From NCBI GenBank assembly GCA_031962025.1, contig JAVRKW010000006.1: DNA of 64,000 bases; one strand, 5' to 3'. Below, piece by piece: positions 30,409-38,894 of the stretch (the first letter of the stretch is position 1; each line of letters starts with the position of its first letter). The notes beneath the pieces are model-generated. The model did not search any database. It was not told the origin of the DNA and saw only the letters and a list, made by a program, of their open reading frames with translations. Source of the stretch: Pseudothermotoga sp. Its GTDB lineage: Bacteria; Thermotogota; Thermotogae; Thermotogales; DSM-5069. The translations under genes and the position numbers were made by a program.

Positions 30409-32095
30409 CCCTTGTTTTAGAAACCACTATATATGAAGCCCCGCCTTTTTTTGTCAGATTCAGTACATCGATCTTTTGTTGTGAGAGTATCTGTAAAATA
30501 TAAGGTGTACAAAAACCTCCCTGACATCTTCCCATGCCACAGCGCGTTCTCCACTTTATACCATCAAGGGTAGTCGCCGGTAGGATGGAATTTACAGCCT
30601 TTATAACCTCGGCTTTTGTTATTCCTTCACACCTGCATACAACAACACCGTAATCTGGATTTTTCTTGATGAGCTTTTGCTTTTCTTCAAGTGGCAGGTT
30701 TTTGAACAAAGGTTCACCTTTTCTGGTGGGTACAAATTCGGTATTTGGCAGAACTTTGGTTTCATCTGATAGAATTTCCACACACATTCTGGCAACATCC
30801 TGTGCAATTGCCGGAGCGCTTGTCAAACCCGGAGATTGTATTCCGGCGGCGTGAACTAAATTCTTCACCTTTGTTGATTTTTCAATTATAAAGTCTTCTT
30901 TGTATGTCGCCGCTCTTGTACCGGCAAAGTACGTTATAATGTCTTTTAAACCAAGACCTTCGACGAGTTTTGCGTGCTTTTTAATCAGTTCATTGAGGCT
31001 ATCTTCGTCTGTGCTGTAATCTTCTTTGAAAGGTACTTCTTTTGCGGTGGGACCAAGCAGTAGATTGCCATGAACAGTTGGTATTAAGCCTCCGCCTTTT
31101 GTAACTGATTTTGCCTGAGTTATGTTTGGCATGGAAATAGTCAACTTTGCAAGGTTCTGCTTTTTACTGTCTATTATTGCCATTATCCCTTTTCTTGGAT
31201 GTATGGTGAAAAATCTGTCATTGGCAAGCTCGGCGATGTAATCAGCCCAGAGTCCAGCAGCATTCACAACTACCCTTGGAAAGATTTTTCCACGATTGGT
31301 CTGAACAGAAACGATCTTTTGTCCATCTAATTCCATCGATTCAACAAAGGTTTGAAAACAAAACTCCGCGCCGTTTTGAATTGCATTTTCAGCAAAGGCA
31401 AGTGTCATCTTGAAAGGATCGACGATCCCGGCATTTTTGAAAAGGCAAGCCCAGGCAAAATCGTCGGTTATTTTCGGTTCAATTGATTTCAATTTTGTTT
31501 TTGAAAGGAATTGAATCGATTCTATTCCGTTTTTTCTGGCTCGAGAATGGATAAGTCCGGCAGCGGTAAAATAAATCCAGTGTTTGAATAAAATAGCCAT
31601 GCCATTTTCCTCAAATGGAAAGTCAAGCTGTTTAGAAAGTTCAGGTAGCATCTTCAGCCCGCGCTGGTTGTACAGAGCTTTTTTTGAACCGGGTTTGGGA
31701 GCAATCGGCGGATGAGCCATACCCGCATTTCTTGAGCTTTGGTGCATGGCTATGTCGCTCTCTTTATCGATTACAAGTATACTTATTTTGTATCTTGACA
31801 ATTCTCTTGCTATCGTACAGCCCACTATTCCAGCGCCGATGATTAAAACATCGACCCTTTTGTTCTCAAGCTTTCTGTCTTTTAGATTGGGTTTTGATGG
31901 TTGATCTTTCTGAAGACCTTTGCATTCTAACAAATTAACTACATCTTTTTCTGCAAAACGCGATGCGATCTTTCCAGCACTGACTACTTTTTCCCAGTCA
32001 TCGACGATACCTTCAAGAAATATCGAGCCGTCTTTTTCATATACTTCGATGTTTTTTGAGAATTTCTGTTTGAGTATTTTTTCAGCTTTGAGGAT
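30401..32095 (-). CDS. GlpA-like FAD-dependent oxidoreductase with N-terminal BON-like domain and C-terminal BFD-like [2Fe-2S] domain
   Basis: IIGAGIVG, SSRNAG, VVNAAGLWAD, GIQSPGLTSAPA, CRCE...RCGMGRCQGGFC; start uncertain (ATG 32131 or ATC 32095). Confidence 0.85.
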   Translation of the reverse strand: MLKAEKILKQKFSKNIEVYEKDGSIFLEGIVDDWEKVVSAGKIASRFAEKDVVNLLECKGLQKDQPSKPNLKDRKLENKRVDVLIIGAGIVGCTIARELSRYKISILVIDKESDIAMHQSSRNAGMAHPPIAPKPGSKKALYNQRGLKMLPELSKQLDFPFEENGMAILFKHWIYFTAAGLIHSRARKNGIESIQFLSKTKLKSIEPKITDDFAWACLFKNAGIVDPFKMTLAFAENAIQNGAEFCFQTFVESMELDGQKIVSVQTNRGKIFPRVVVNAAGLWADYIAELANDRFFTIHPRKGIMAIIDSKKQNLAKLTISMPNITQAKSVTKGGGLIPTVHGNLLLGPTAKEVPFKEDYSTDEDSLNELIKKHAKLVEGLGLKDIITYFAGTRAATYKEDFIIEKSTKVKNLVHAAGIQSPGLTSAPAIAQDVARMCVEILSDETKVLPNTEFVPTRKGEPLFKNLPLEEKQKLIKKNPDYGVVVCRCEGITKAEVIKAVNSILPATTLDGIKWRTRCGMGRCQGGFCTPYILQILSQQKIDVLNLTKKGGASYIVVSKTRGD

Positions 32096-32118
32096 AGCGA
32101 TCACCTCTTTGTTATACG

Positions 32119-32164
32119 GTTGTCCGTACATCCTAATCTTAACTCACTGGAATTTTTTTGTCAA
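32119..32164 (-). promoter_or_regulatory. Sigma-70-type promoter with overlapping putative GntR/HutC operator
   Basis: TTGACA (32159-32164), 17 bp spacer, TAAGAT (32136-32141); GATGTACGGACAAC at 32119-32132 resembles a HutC-type GT..TA..AC site. Confidence 0.6.
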
Positions 32165-32243
32165 CATTTTTCTAAAATGAGTGAAAAACATCATCTTTTC
32201 AAGAAATTTCGCCAGAGCTTCTCAAAGGCTCAATTTGCATGAT

Positions 32244-32649
32244 GTAGAAGAACCATTTCATAAATGTAATGAGTGGTTTTTACAGAGAACCAGCCAGAAA
32301 GCACATCTCATTTATGTGATTGTGATGAATGGATGTTCTTTCTTGAACCATACAGAAAAAAGTTTTTGGTGGTATCAGGAGAGTCAAGATGACAAAAGCA
32401 GAAAAAATCAAGCAAACTTTGCAACAGACTAAAGAAAAAAGAGAAAACCAGATACCTTTAGTGTACCAAGATAAACATGCTAAAGAGTGTAGGGCTGGAT
32501 CGGTCCGAAATAATGCTCGTGGAGTGGCAGATCTCTGCCAGGATATTTGGGAGTAATTCCTGTATACTGGTAAGTCATACCATGTAAAAGCGGGAAACCC
32601 AATCTCTGATGGGAATCCTATCCCATTCATGGGATTGGGAGGAGGTCAA
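32244..32649 (+). mobile_element. Internally deleted IS200/IS605 (tnpA/tnpB) relic retaining right end and omega-RNA region
   Basis: TnpB-like N-terminus MTKAEKIKQTLQQTKEKRENQIPLVYQ (32389-32469) joined to a TnpB-like C-tail INMLKSVGLDRSEIMLVE...; hairpin ATCCCA-ttca-TGGGAT; ends GGAGGAGGTCAA; upstream TnpA-like scraps YRKKFLV and YQESQ. Left boundary is approximate. Confidence 0.65.
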
Positions 32650-32744
32650 CTTCACAGGCTTGACTTTTCATAATCAAAATAAAAAGCTTTAGAAAAACGG
32701 GTAAGTGCGAGAGAATGGAATAAGAGGCTTGGTTATTTGGTCAT

Positions 32745-32772
32745 AAAAAAGGCAGGGGAAATCCCCTGCCTT
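32745..32772 (-). terminator. Intrinsic terminator of the repeat-protein gene
   Basis: GGCAGGGGA/TCCCCTGCC stem with T6 on the minus strand. Confidence 0.8.
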
Positions 32773-32779
32773 ATTTGAA

Positions 32780-33940
32780 TCATTTTCCGGGATTTGGACC
32801 TGTATTTCCTGATCCATCGAGTTTTAAAACGTAAATATCTCCATTTATCGATCCAGCAACAATGTAGCCGTCATCAGAAGTCTGCTGAACGCTGTAAGCT
32901 TCATCATCATCTTCATTGCCAAATGTCTTTTCCCACTGAAGATTTCCATTTGAATCGAGTTTCAAAACGTAAACATCTTTCCACCCGGCTCCAAAGGATT
33001 CTGTGCTTCCAGCAACAATGTATCCGCCATCTTTTGTTTGTTGAATACTGAAAGCCTCGTCATCCTTGCTCCCACCAAATGTTTTTTCCCATTGTATATT
33101 TCCATTTGAATCGAGCTTTAAAACGTAAACATCTTTCCCTCCAACTCCAGAAGATCTTGTACTTCCAGCCACTATGTATCCACCGTCTTTTGTCTGTTGA
33201 ATACTGAAAGCCACGTCACTATCGCTCCCACCAAATGTTTTTTCCCATTGTAGTTTCCCATTTGAATCGAGTTTTAGAATATGAACATCAAATTTTTGAG
33301 CTCCATAGGAATATCCAGCCACGATGTATCCACCATCTGTGGTTTGCTGTATGCTCGTTGCCATATCATCATCACTTCCACCAAATGTTTTTTCCCATTG
33401 TAGTTTCCCATTTGAATCGAGTTTTAGAATATAAACATCAAATCTTCCAGCTCCAGAAGATCTTGTGCCTCCAGCCACAATGTATCCACCGTCTTTTGTT
33501 TGCTGAACGCTGAAAGCTCCATCGTTATCACTTCCACCGAATGTTTTTTCCCATTGCAGTTTTCCATTTGAATCGAGTTTCAAAACGTAAACATCTTCCC
33601 CCCTATCTCCAGAGAAGTATGTGTATCCAGCAACTATGTATCCACCGTCTTTTGTTTGTTGAATACTGAGAGCCTCATCACTGAATTTTCCACCAAACGT
33701 TTTCTCCCATTTCAGCTTCCCATTCGGATCGAGTTTCAAGACGTAAACATCATCTTCTCCAGCTCCAGAGGAGTATGTGTATCCGGCAACTATGTATCCA
33801 CCGTCTTTTGTTTGCTGAATACTTAAAGCTCGATCACCTTTGGTACCGCCGAATGTTTTTTGCCAGACCTGAGTACTACCATAGCTACTGACTGCCAGTA
33901 AGATCATTATCAGCAGAAAAACTCTTAGATACTTTTTCAC
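32780..33940 (-). CDS. Secreted protein of seven ~52-aa repeats (predicted beta-propeller)
   Basis: Signal peptide; repeat WEKTFGGxxxDxAxSIQQTKDGGYIVAG...DVYVLKLDSNG x7; GTG 33940 after AAGGGGGG. Confidence 0.88.
   Translation of the reverse strand: MKKYLRVFLLIMILLAVSSYGSTQVWQKTFGGTKGDRALSIQQTKDGGYIVAGYTYSSGAGEDDVYVLKLDPNGKLKWEKTFGGKFSDEALSIQQTKDGGYIVAGYTYFSGDRGEDVYVLKLDSNGKLQWEKTFGGSDNDGAFSVQQTKDGGYIVAGGTRSSGAGRFDVYILKLDSNGKLQWEKTFGGSDDDMATSIQQTTDGGYIVAGYSYGAQKFDVHILKLDSNGKLQWEKTFGGSDSDVAFSIQQTKDGGYIVAGSTRSSGVGGKDVYVLKLDSNGNIQWEKTFGGSKDDEAFSIQQTKDGGYIVAGSTESFGAGWKDVYVLKLDSNGNLQWEKTFGNEDDDEAYSVQQTSDDGYIVAGSINGDIYVLKLDGSGNTGPNPGK
32800..33870 (-). repeat. Intragenic tandem repeats, ~156-bp unit, 7 copies
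   Basis: Recurrent DNA blocks such as TTTCCATTTGAATCGAGTTT and ATGTATCCACCGTCTTTTGT at ~150-156 bp spacing. Confidence 0.9.
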
Positions 33941-34066
33941 GGTATATCCCCCCTTGATGGTTGAGTTAGGACAATTATATATCAATTATTTCAAAATTGT
34001 CAAAAATTTCAAATGAGAGATTGATCTTTAGCCTTGCTATATAATTTTGCCTGATGAGGTGGTATC

Positions 34067-36212
34067 GTGCAAAAGATAAAGAAAACTTTCACAGTGACTG
34101 GTATGACATGTGCAACGTGCGCAAAAACCGTTGAAAGGGCTTTAAATAAAATTGAAGGTGTAGAATTTGCCGCAGTTAACCTGGCTACTTCAACGGGTTT
34201 TATCGTTGCAGAAAAAGAAATTCCCATCGAAGTGATTAAAGCCGCTGTTGAGCAAGCTGGTTATGGCATATCAACTCAGCCCTTAGAGGAAATAGAAAAG
34301 AAAAGATACACAGCTTTTAAAAGAAATCTGATACTGGCATGGGTTGCAACTTTGCCACTTGCACTGATGATGCTGTATCACATGCTGATAAGTCCTGTGA
34401 ATTATTTTGTCTGGTTTGAGATTTTTATGGGAGGTTTTGTTGTTTTCTTTGTTGCAAAAGACACTATAAGAGGTGCATGGATTGCTCTTACACATAGACA
34501 CACCAATATGGATACGCTTATATTTTTTGGTTCAGTTGCGTCATGGCTCACCGCAGTTTTGGAAGTTGCTGGTCTTCCTGTCATGTCCTTTGGCAGTATA
34601 GGTGCGATGATCGTAGCCTTTCACATAACTGGAAGATTTATAGAATCTCACCTAAGAGATCGAGCAAGTAAAGAGATTAAATCGCTTTTGAAACTTCAAT
34701 CAAAAGAAGCACGTGTTGTAACGGAAAAAGGTGAGATCACCGTGCCGCTGGAAGCAGTAAAAGAAGGTTTGATCGTGTCGATCCTTCCATCTGAAAGAAT
34801 ACCTGTTGATGGTGTTGTGATCTGGGGAAAATCTTCGGTTGATGAATCGGTTATAACTGGAGAATCGATACCAGTTCACAAAAAAGAAAACGATGAAGTG
34901 ATAGGTGGTTCTGTTAATCTGACAGGTCCTTTAAAAGTGAAGGTGACCAGGGTTGGCGAAGATAGTTTTTTATCACAGATGATAAACTTAGTTCAGCAAG
35001 CTCAGGGCTCAAAAATACCTATTCAGGCGCTTGCAGATAGAATTACCATGTGGTTTGTACCAGCGATAATATCACTGGCAGTTACAGGTGCTGTTTTGTG
35101 GTATTTCAACTTTGAAAAATTCGTACCTTTTCTTGATAAAATGAGCAAGATCTTCCCGTGGGTTATGAGCACGGTAGAGCCTTTCAATTTTGCAATTTTT
35201 GTGTTTGTTGCAACGATAGTTATAGCCTGCCCGTGTGCTCTTGGGTTAGCCACTCCGATGGCTCTTGTTACTGGAACAGGACTTGCCGCGAAAAAAGGTC
35301 TGTTGATAAGAAATGCCGAGGCTATTCAAACTTCTAAGGATGTAAAAGTGGTGTTGATGGATAAAACAGGTACTATTACTGAGGGAAAGCCAGCAGTAGT
35401 ACAGCACAACCTTGATGAAACTACCTTGAAAATAGTTGCAAGTATAGAAAAAAAACTCAAATCATCCGCTTGCCAAGGCTATATCTTCTACGGTCAGAGA
35501 TTTTTTTGAGATAAAAGATATCGATGAGATAGTTGGTGAAGGAGTTAGAGCAAAAGTCGGCAAAGATGAATACTTTGTTGGAAGGCCGGTGAATATGGAT
35601 CTGTATGAAGACTTTTACACACAAGGAAAGACAGTAGTTGAAGTGAGAAAGAATAATGATATTGTGGGATTTCTTGCCATAGAAGATACTATAAGAAGTG
35701 ATTCGAAAGAAGCAGTGAACAGGCTTAAAAAAATGGGAATAAAACCGGTAATGGTAACGGGTGATAATCAGATAACAGCAAGGGCAGTGGCGAATAAAGT
35801 TGGCATACAGGAGGTTCATTTTGATGTTAAGCCTCAGGACAAGCTTGATATAGTGAGAAGATATCAGGCTAAGGGATTGAAGGTTGTCATGGTTGGTGAC
35901 GGTATGAACGATGCCGGTGCTTTGAAAGGTGCAGATGTTGGGATTGCCGTTGGCAGTGGAACTGATTTGGCGATCGACAGCGCGGATGTGATCATAATAA
36001 ACGGTGGTATATCCAGGATAGTTGATGTAATAGAAATATCCAAAAGGACTTTCAAAATCATAAAACAAAATCTTTTCTGGGCATTCTTTTATAATATTAT
36101 AGCTGTACCAAGTGCAATGGCAGGGCTTTTGCATCCAATTATCGCTGAAATTGCCATGGCTTTGAGTTCTATAACTGTGGTTTTGAATTCACTTAGAATA
36201 GAAAGATCTTAA
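34067..36212 (+). pseudogene. copA: Copper-translocating P1B-type ATPase, frameshifted at an A8 run (35448-35455)
   Basis: GMTCATC, TGES, CPCALGLATP, DKTGT in ORF1; removing one A restores EKNSNHPLAKAI and joins to TGDN, GDGMND, YN, MALSS in ORF2. Confidence 0.88.
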
Positions 36213-36862
36213 AAAACCACCTTCAGCTTTTTTATTATTTTTCCACTTCTTACTACGAGTACAGTTCGGTTTTCCATTGCAATCCAATCATCACTCATTG
36301 GTTCTGAACAGACGACAAACCCATTTTTGTCAGTGTACCAGAGCGTGTAATAGTCCTGGTTTGTGCTGTAACCACAGTAGACAACAAGATCGTTTTTATT
36401 CATCATCAAAAAATTCATGCCTGTGTGTCTGTAATTTTGAGCCACATATTTTATTTTCTCTAAAAGCTCTTCGTAAGAATTGAATTGCCTGACTTTTAAA
36501 AAATAAGAGTACGTATCACTTTCAATGAAATGGAACGGTATGTCGTATATAGTTCCATTGTGACAAAAGGCTTTTCCCTGGTTGTCTATGAAAGGATGAA
36601 GTTGCAGGAAGGTAACTGGTAGATGATCTGATGCCTTTCTTGCATGAAAGATACCGGCTTGCGCTGAAAATGATGGCAGATCTTCTTCATATACTGGTTT
36701 TGGTGAGCGATAGTAAATCACTTCGCCGTCTTTTAAGGCGTAAACTCCCCACCCGTGGTTGTGGGGAGCGCCTTTGCCACTTTGAGCCATCAACTGTAAG
36801 TGTTTGAAAAACACATCCACGTTCTGTTCTTTTTCAAAGGAAAAACCAATCATTCTGCACAC
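36209..36862 (-). CDS. Class II glutamine amidotransferase (Ntn hydrolase)
   Basis: GTG start gives N-terminal M-CRMIG; GWG, HARKAS, HPF, HNGTI, SDT, SEP motifs. Confidence 0.85.
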   Translation of the reverse strand: MCRMIGFSFEKEQNVDVFFKHLQLMAQSGKGAPHNHGWGVYALKDGEVIYYRSPKPVYEEDLPSFSAQAGIFHARKASDHLPVTFLQLHPFIDNQGKAFCHNGTIYDIPFHFIESDTYSYFLKVRQFNSYEELLEKIKYVAQNYRHTGMNFLMMNKNDLVVYCGYSTNQDYYTLWYTDKNGFVVCSEPMSDDWIAMENRTVLVVRSGKIIKKLKVVF

Positions 36863-36893
36863 AGTCATCACCAAAAATATGATACAACAAAAA

Positions 36894-37250
36894 TCAATTA
36901 TTTTTGATCATATTCTTAATCGCTTCAATTGCTTGTTCTGTGGTCATATTTCTTATATCTACACCAATGTGTTTTGACCTGTCGAAATTACTCGCTTCAA
37001 AGGCATCTCGATACATCTTTTTTTGCATTGCTGGATCACAGCCCGCTACATAGAGTTTCTCTATCTGTTCATCTTTTGTCAATGTCTTCAGATAGACATC
37101 TCCGTCATCTGCACAGAGCTGTGGATGGAGTGCCACGAAATCGACCAGTTTTTCTCTTCTTATGGCATTGAGCACTTCAAAAATATTCATCTGGTGAAAC
37201 GAAGGACATGTACCCTGACAAACACACAGCAACAATCCTTTTTTACCCAT
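36894..37250 (-). CDS. Small heterodisulfide reductase subunit A-like protein
   Basis: LLCVCQGTC, HPQLC, VAGCDP, VDIRN pattern resembles the HdrA N-terminal domain. Confidence 0.7.
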   Translation of the reverse strand: MGKKGLLLCVCQGTCPSFHQMNIFEVLNAIRREKLVDFVALHPQLCADDGDVYLKTLTKDEQIEKLYVAGCDPAMQKKMYRDAFEASNFDRSKHIGVDIRNMTTEQAIEAIKNMIKNN

Positions 37251-37455
37251 GGACTTTCACCTCCGCCGAATAGGATATCGCGCCGTAGTCACAGAGTTTT
37301 TGACAGCCTCTGCAGAACTCCACGCATTCAAGTGGGTTGGTAACGACAGGCTTGCCGTCCTTGATCGTGTAAACCCCGTGAGGACAAAAGTTTGCACAAC
37401 TCAGACATCCGGCGCACTTGCTGTAATCAATGACTGGATACCAGTTTTTTGCCAT
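37243..37455 (-). CDS. 4Fe-4S dicluster ferredoxin-like protein
   Basis: CAGCLSCANFCP and CVEFCRGCQKLC motifs. Confidence 0.88.
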   Translation of the reverse strand: MAKNWYPVIDYSKCAGCLSCANFCPHGVYTIKDGKPVVTNPLECVEFCRGCQKLCDYGAISYSAEVKVHG

Positions 37456-37470
37456 ATTATCTCCTCCCCT

Positions 37471-37734
37471 TTATTCTCCAGCGATTTTTTCCGCCAGGTC
37501 TATGAGTTCAAGAACTCTTGGATCTTTTAGGACAATTCTTTTTCTCTGACCTTCTCTTTTTAGTTCAATAATTCCAGAATTCTGTAAAATGGCTATATGT
37601 CTTGATATGGTCGTTTTATCGATGTGGTTTGCGGCTTCAAGATCACACATACAAAGATTCTGTTTTGCTATCTGTTTTATGATTTCAATTCTCCATTTAC
37701 AAGCCAGTGCCTTGAAGATTTGTTCAATGTGCAC
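37471..37734 (-). CDS. ArsR/SmtB-family transcriptional regulator
   Basis: FKALAC..RIEII, LCMCDL, TISRHIAILQNSG; GTG start after AAAGGAGG. Confidence 0.88.
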   Translation of the reverse strand: MHIEQIFKALACKWRIEIIKQIAKQNLCMCDLEAANHIDKTTISRHIAILQNSGIIELKREGQRKRIVLKDPRVLELIDLAEKIAGE

Positions 37735-37752
37735 AATTTTCCTCCTTTCATT

Positions 37753-37770
37753 GTTGTACAATTATACAAC
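37753..37770. promoter_or_regulatory. Putative ArsR operator overlapping the -10 box
   Basis: Imperfect palindrome GTTGTACAATTATACAAC containing minus-strand TATAAT (37761-37766). Confidence 0.55.
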
Positions 37771-37883
37771 TATTTTTACGACAGCATCTTGAAGTTGTTT
37801 TTAATTGATTGTAAAAGTGAAGATGAAAGTGAGAATCAGCGTCTGTTTTTCACGCAAGATTTCTAACACAGGCAAATAAAAAA

Positions 37884-37961
37884 TGGTCGGGGCGACTGGA
37901 CTTGAACCAGCGACCTCCTGCTCCCAAGGCAGGCGCGCTAAGCCGTCTGCGCTACGCCCCG
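37884..37961 (-). tRNA. tRNA-Pro (UGG)
   Basis: CGGGGCG acceptor stem, CCTGC-CTTGGGA-GCAGG anticodon arm, GGTTCAAGTCC T-arm, encoded CCA. Confidence 0.96.
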
Positions 37962-38051
37962 ACACAAACCACTGAATATATTACCACAAAGACAAAACTT
38001 ATCAAGACGGCAAATGTTCAAAGACCTTGAAAATTGTTTGACAAAACACGA

Positions 38052-38891
38052 TCAAAGTTTGCCAACGAGAATCCCAAAAACCTCTGGACCGGCGTGAGCT
38101 GTTACCGCCGGACCTACCCTTGCCAGATCGTTGCACCTACCGATCCTGTTGATTATCTTTTCAAGGATTGGTCTGGTGGTTTCAATGCCATATCCGCCGT
38201 AGAGCATATACTTTTTCTGTTTGCCCAAAAAGTTTTTAATCAACTCGACCATTTTTTCTACCAGATCGTTCTCGCTTTTTGCAGTTGCTATTTTGTAAAT
38301 CTGACCCTCTTCATCTATTGAAAGAATAGGTTTGAGATTCAGTATTTTACCGACAAATGCACTGAGTTTGCCTATGCGCCCACCTTTTTTGAGATACTCC
38401 AGTGTATTTAGAACAAAGAACATGGTAGAATCTCTGCTGTATTGATCAACTGTCTGTTGAGTTATCTTTTTGTTGTTCAAAAGATCTTCTATTAACCGAT
38501 TCAAAACATAGAAAATCTTCCCACTAACTCCGCGAGAATCATAGACATCTACTTTTTTTGATAGGTTGAAGTTTTCCACAACTGTTTTGACCATGTTGAA
38601 AGTTCCGCTGAGTTTCTGTGATAGAGTGAGTACAACAACTTTGCTGTGGTTCTTGCAGAGGTTCAACAACAGTTCAGCGGTTTCTTTCAAGTTGGGAAGA
38701 GATGTACTGACCCTTTTTCCTTCGATCATGAATTTGTAAATTTGTTCTTCGCTGATGTCAAATCTGTCTTTGTATTCTTTTTCATCCACGTACAGTCTCA
38801 GAGGAAGAATATATACTGGCATGGACCATTTATAGTCCCTGGGCCAGTCCATACTGCTGTCCACCACTATGGCAAAGTCCACCTTTTTCAC
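38052..38891 (-). CDS. DegV family fatty-acid-binding protein
   Basis: IVVDSSMD, STSLP, LSQKLSGTF, LEYLKKGGRIG, AHAGP. Confidence 0.92.
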   Translation of the reverse strand: MKKVDFAIVVDSSMDWPRDYKWSMPVYILPLRLYVDEKEYKDRFDISEEQIYKFMIEGKRVSTSLPNLKETAELLLNLCKNHSKVVVLTLSQKLSGTFNMVKTVVENFNLSKKVDVYDSRGVSGKIFYVLNRLIEDLLNNKKITQQTVDQYSRDSTMFFVLNTLEYLKKGGRIGKLSAFVGKILNLKPILSIDEEGQIYKIATAKSENDLVEKMVELIKNFLGKQKKYMLYGGYGIETTRPILEKIINRIGRCNDLARVGPAVTAHAGPEVFGILVGKL

Positions 38892-38894
38892 TCC

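Noticed and set aside
32181..32630. ORF-track entries 32181-32432 (+) and 32280-32630 (-) as real genes
   Set aside because: No SD or coherent domain; they overlap the decayed IS200/IS605 relic.
32800..33870. Regularly spaced repeats as a CRISPR array or DGR
   Set aside because: Units are ~156 bp, in frame and protein-coding; there are no unique spacers, cas genes or reverse transcriptase in the window.
35589..36212. Separate HAD-family gene
   Set aside because: It is the C-terminal part of the frameshifted copA.
32244..37961. Genomic island integrated at tRNA-Pro
   Set aside because: No integrase and no duplicated tRNA 3' end were seen.
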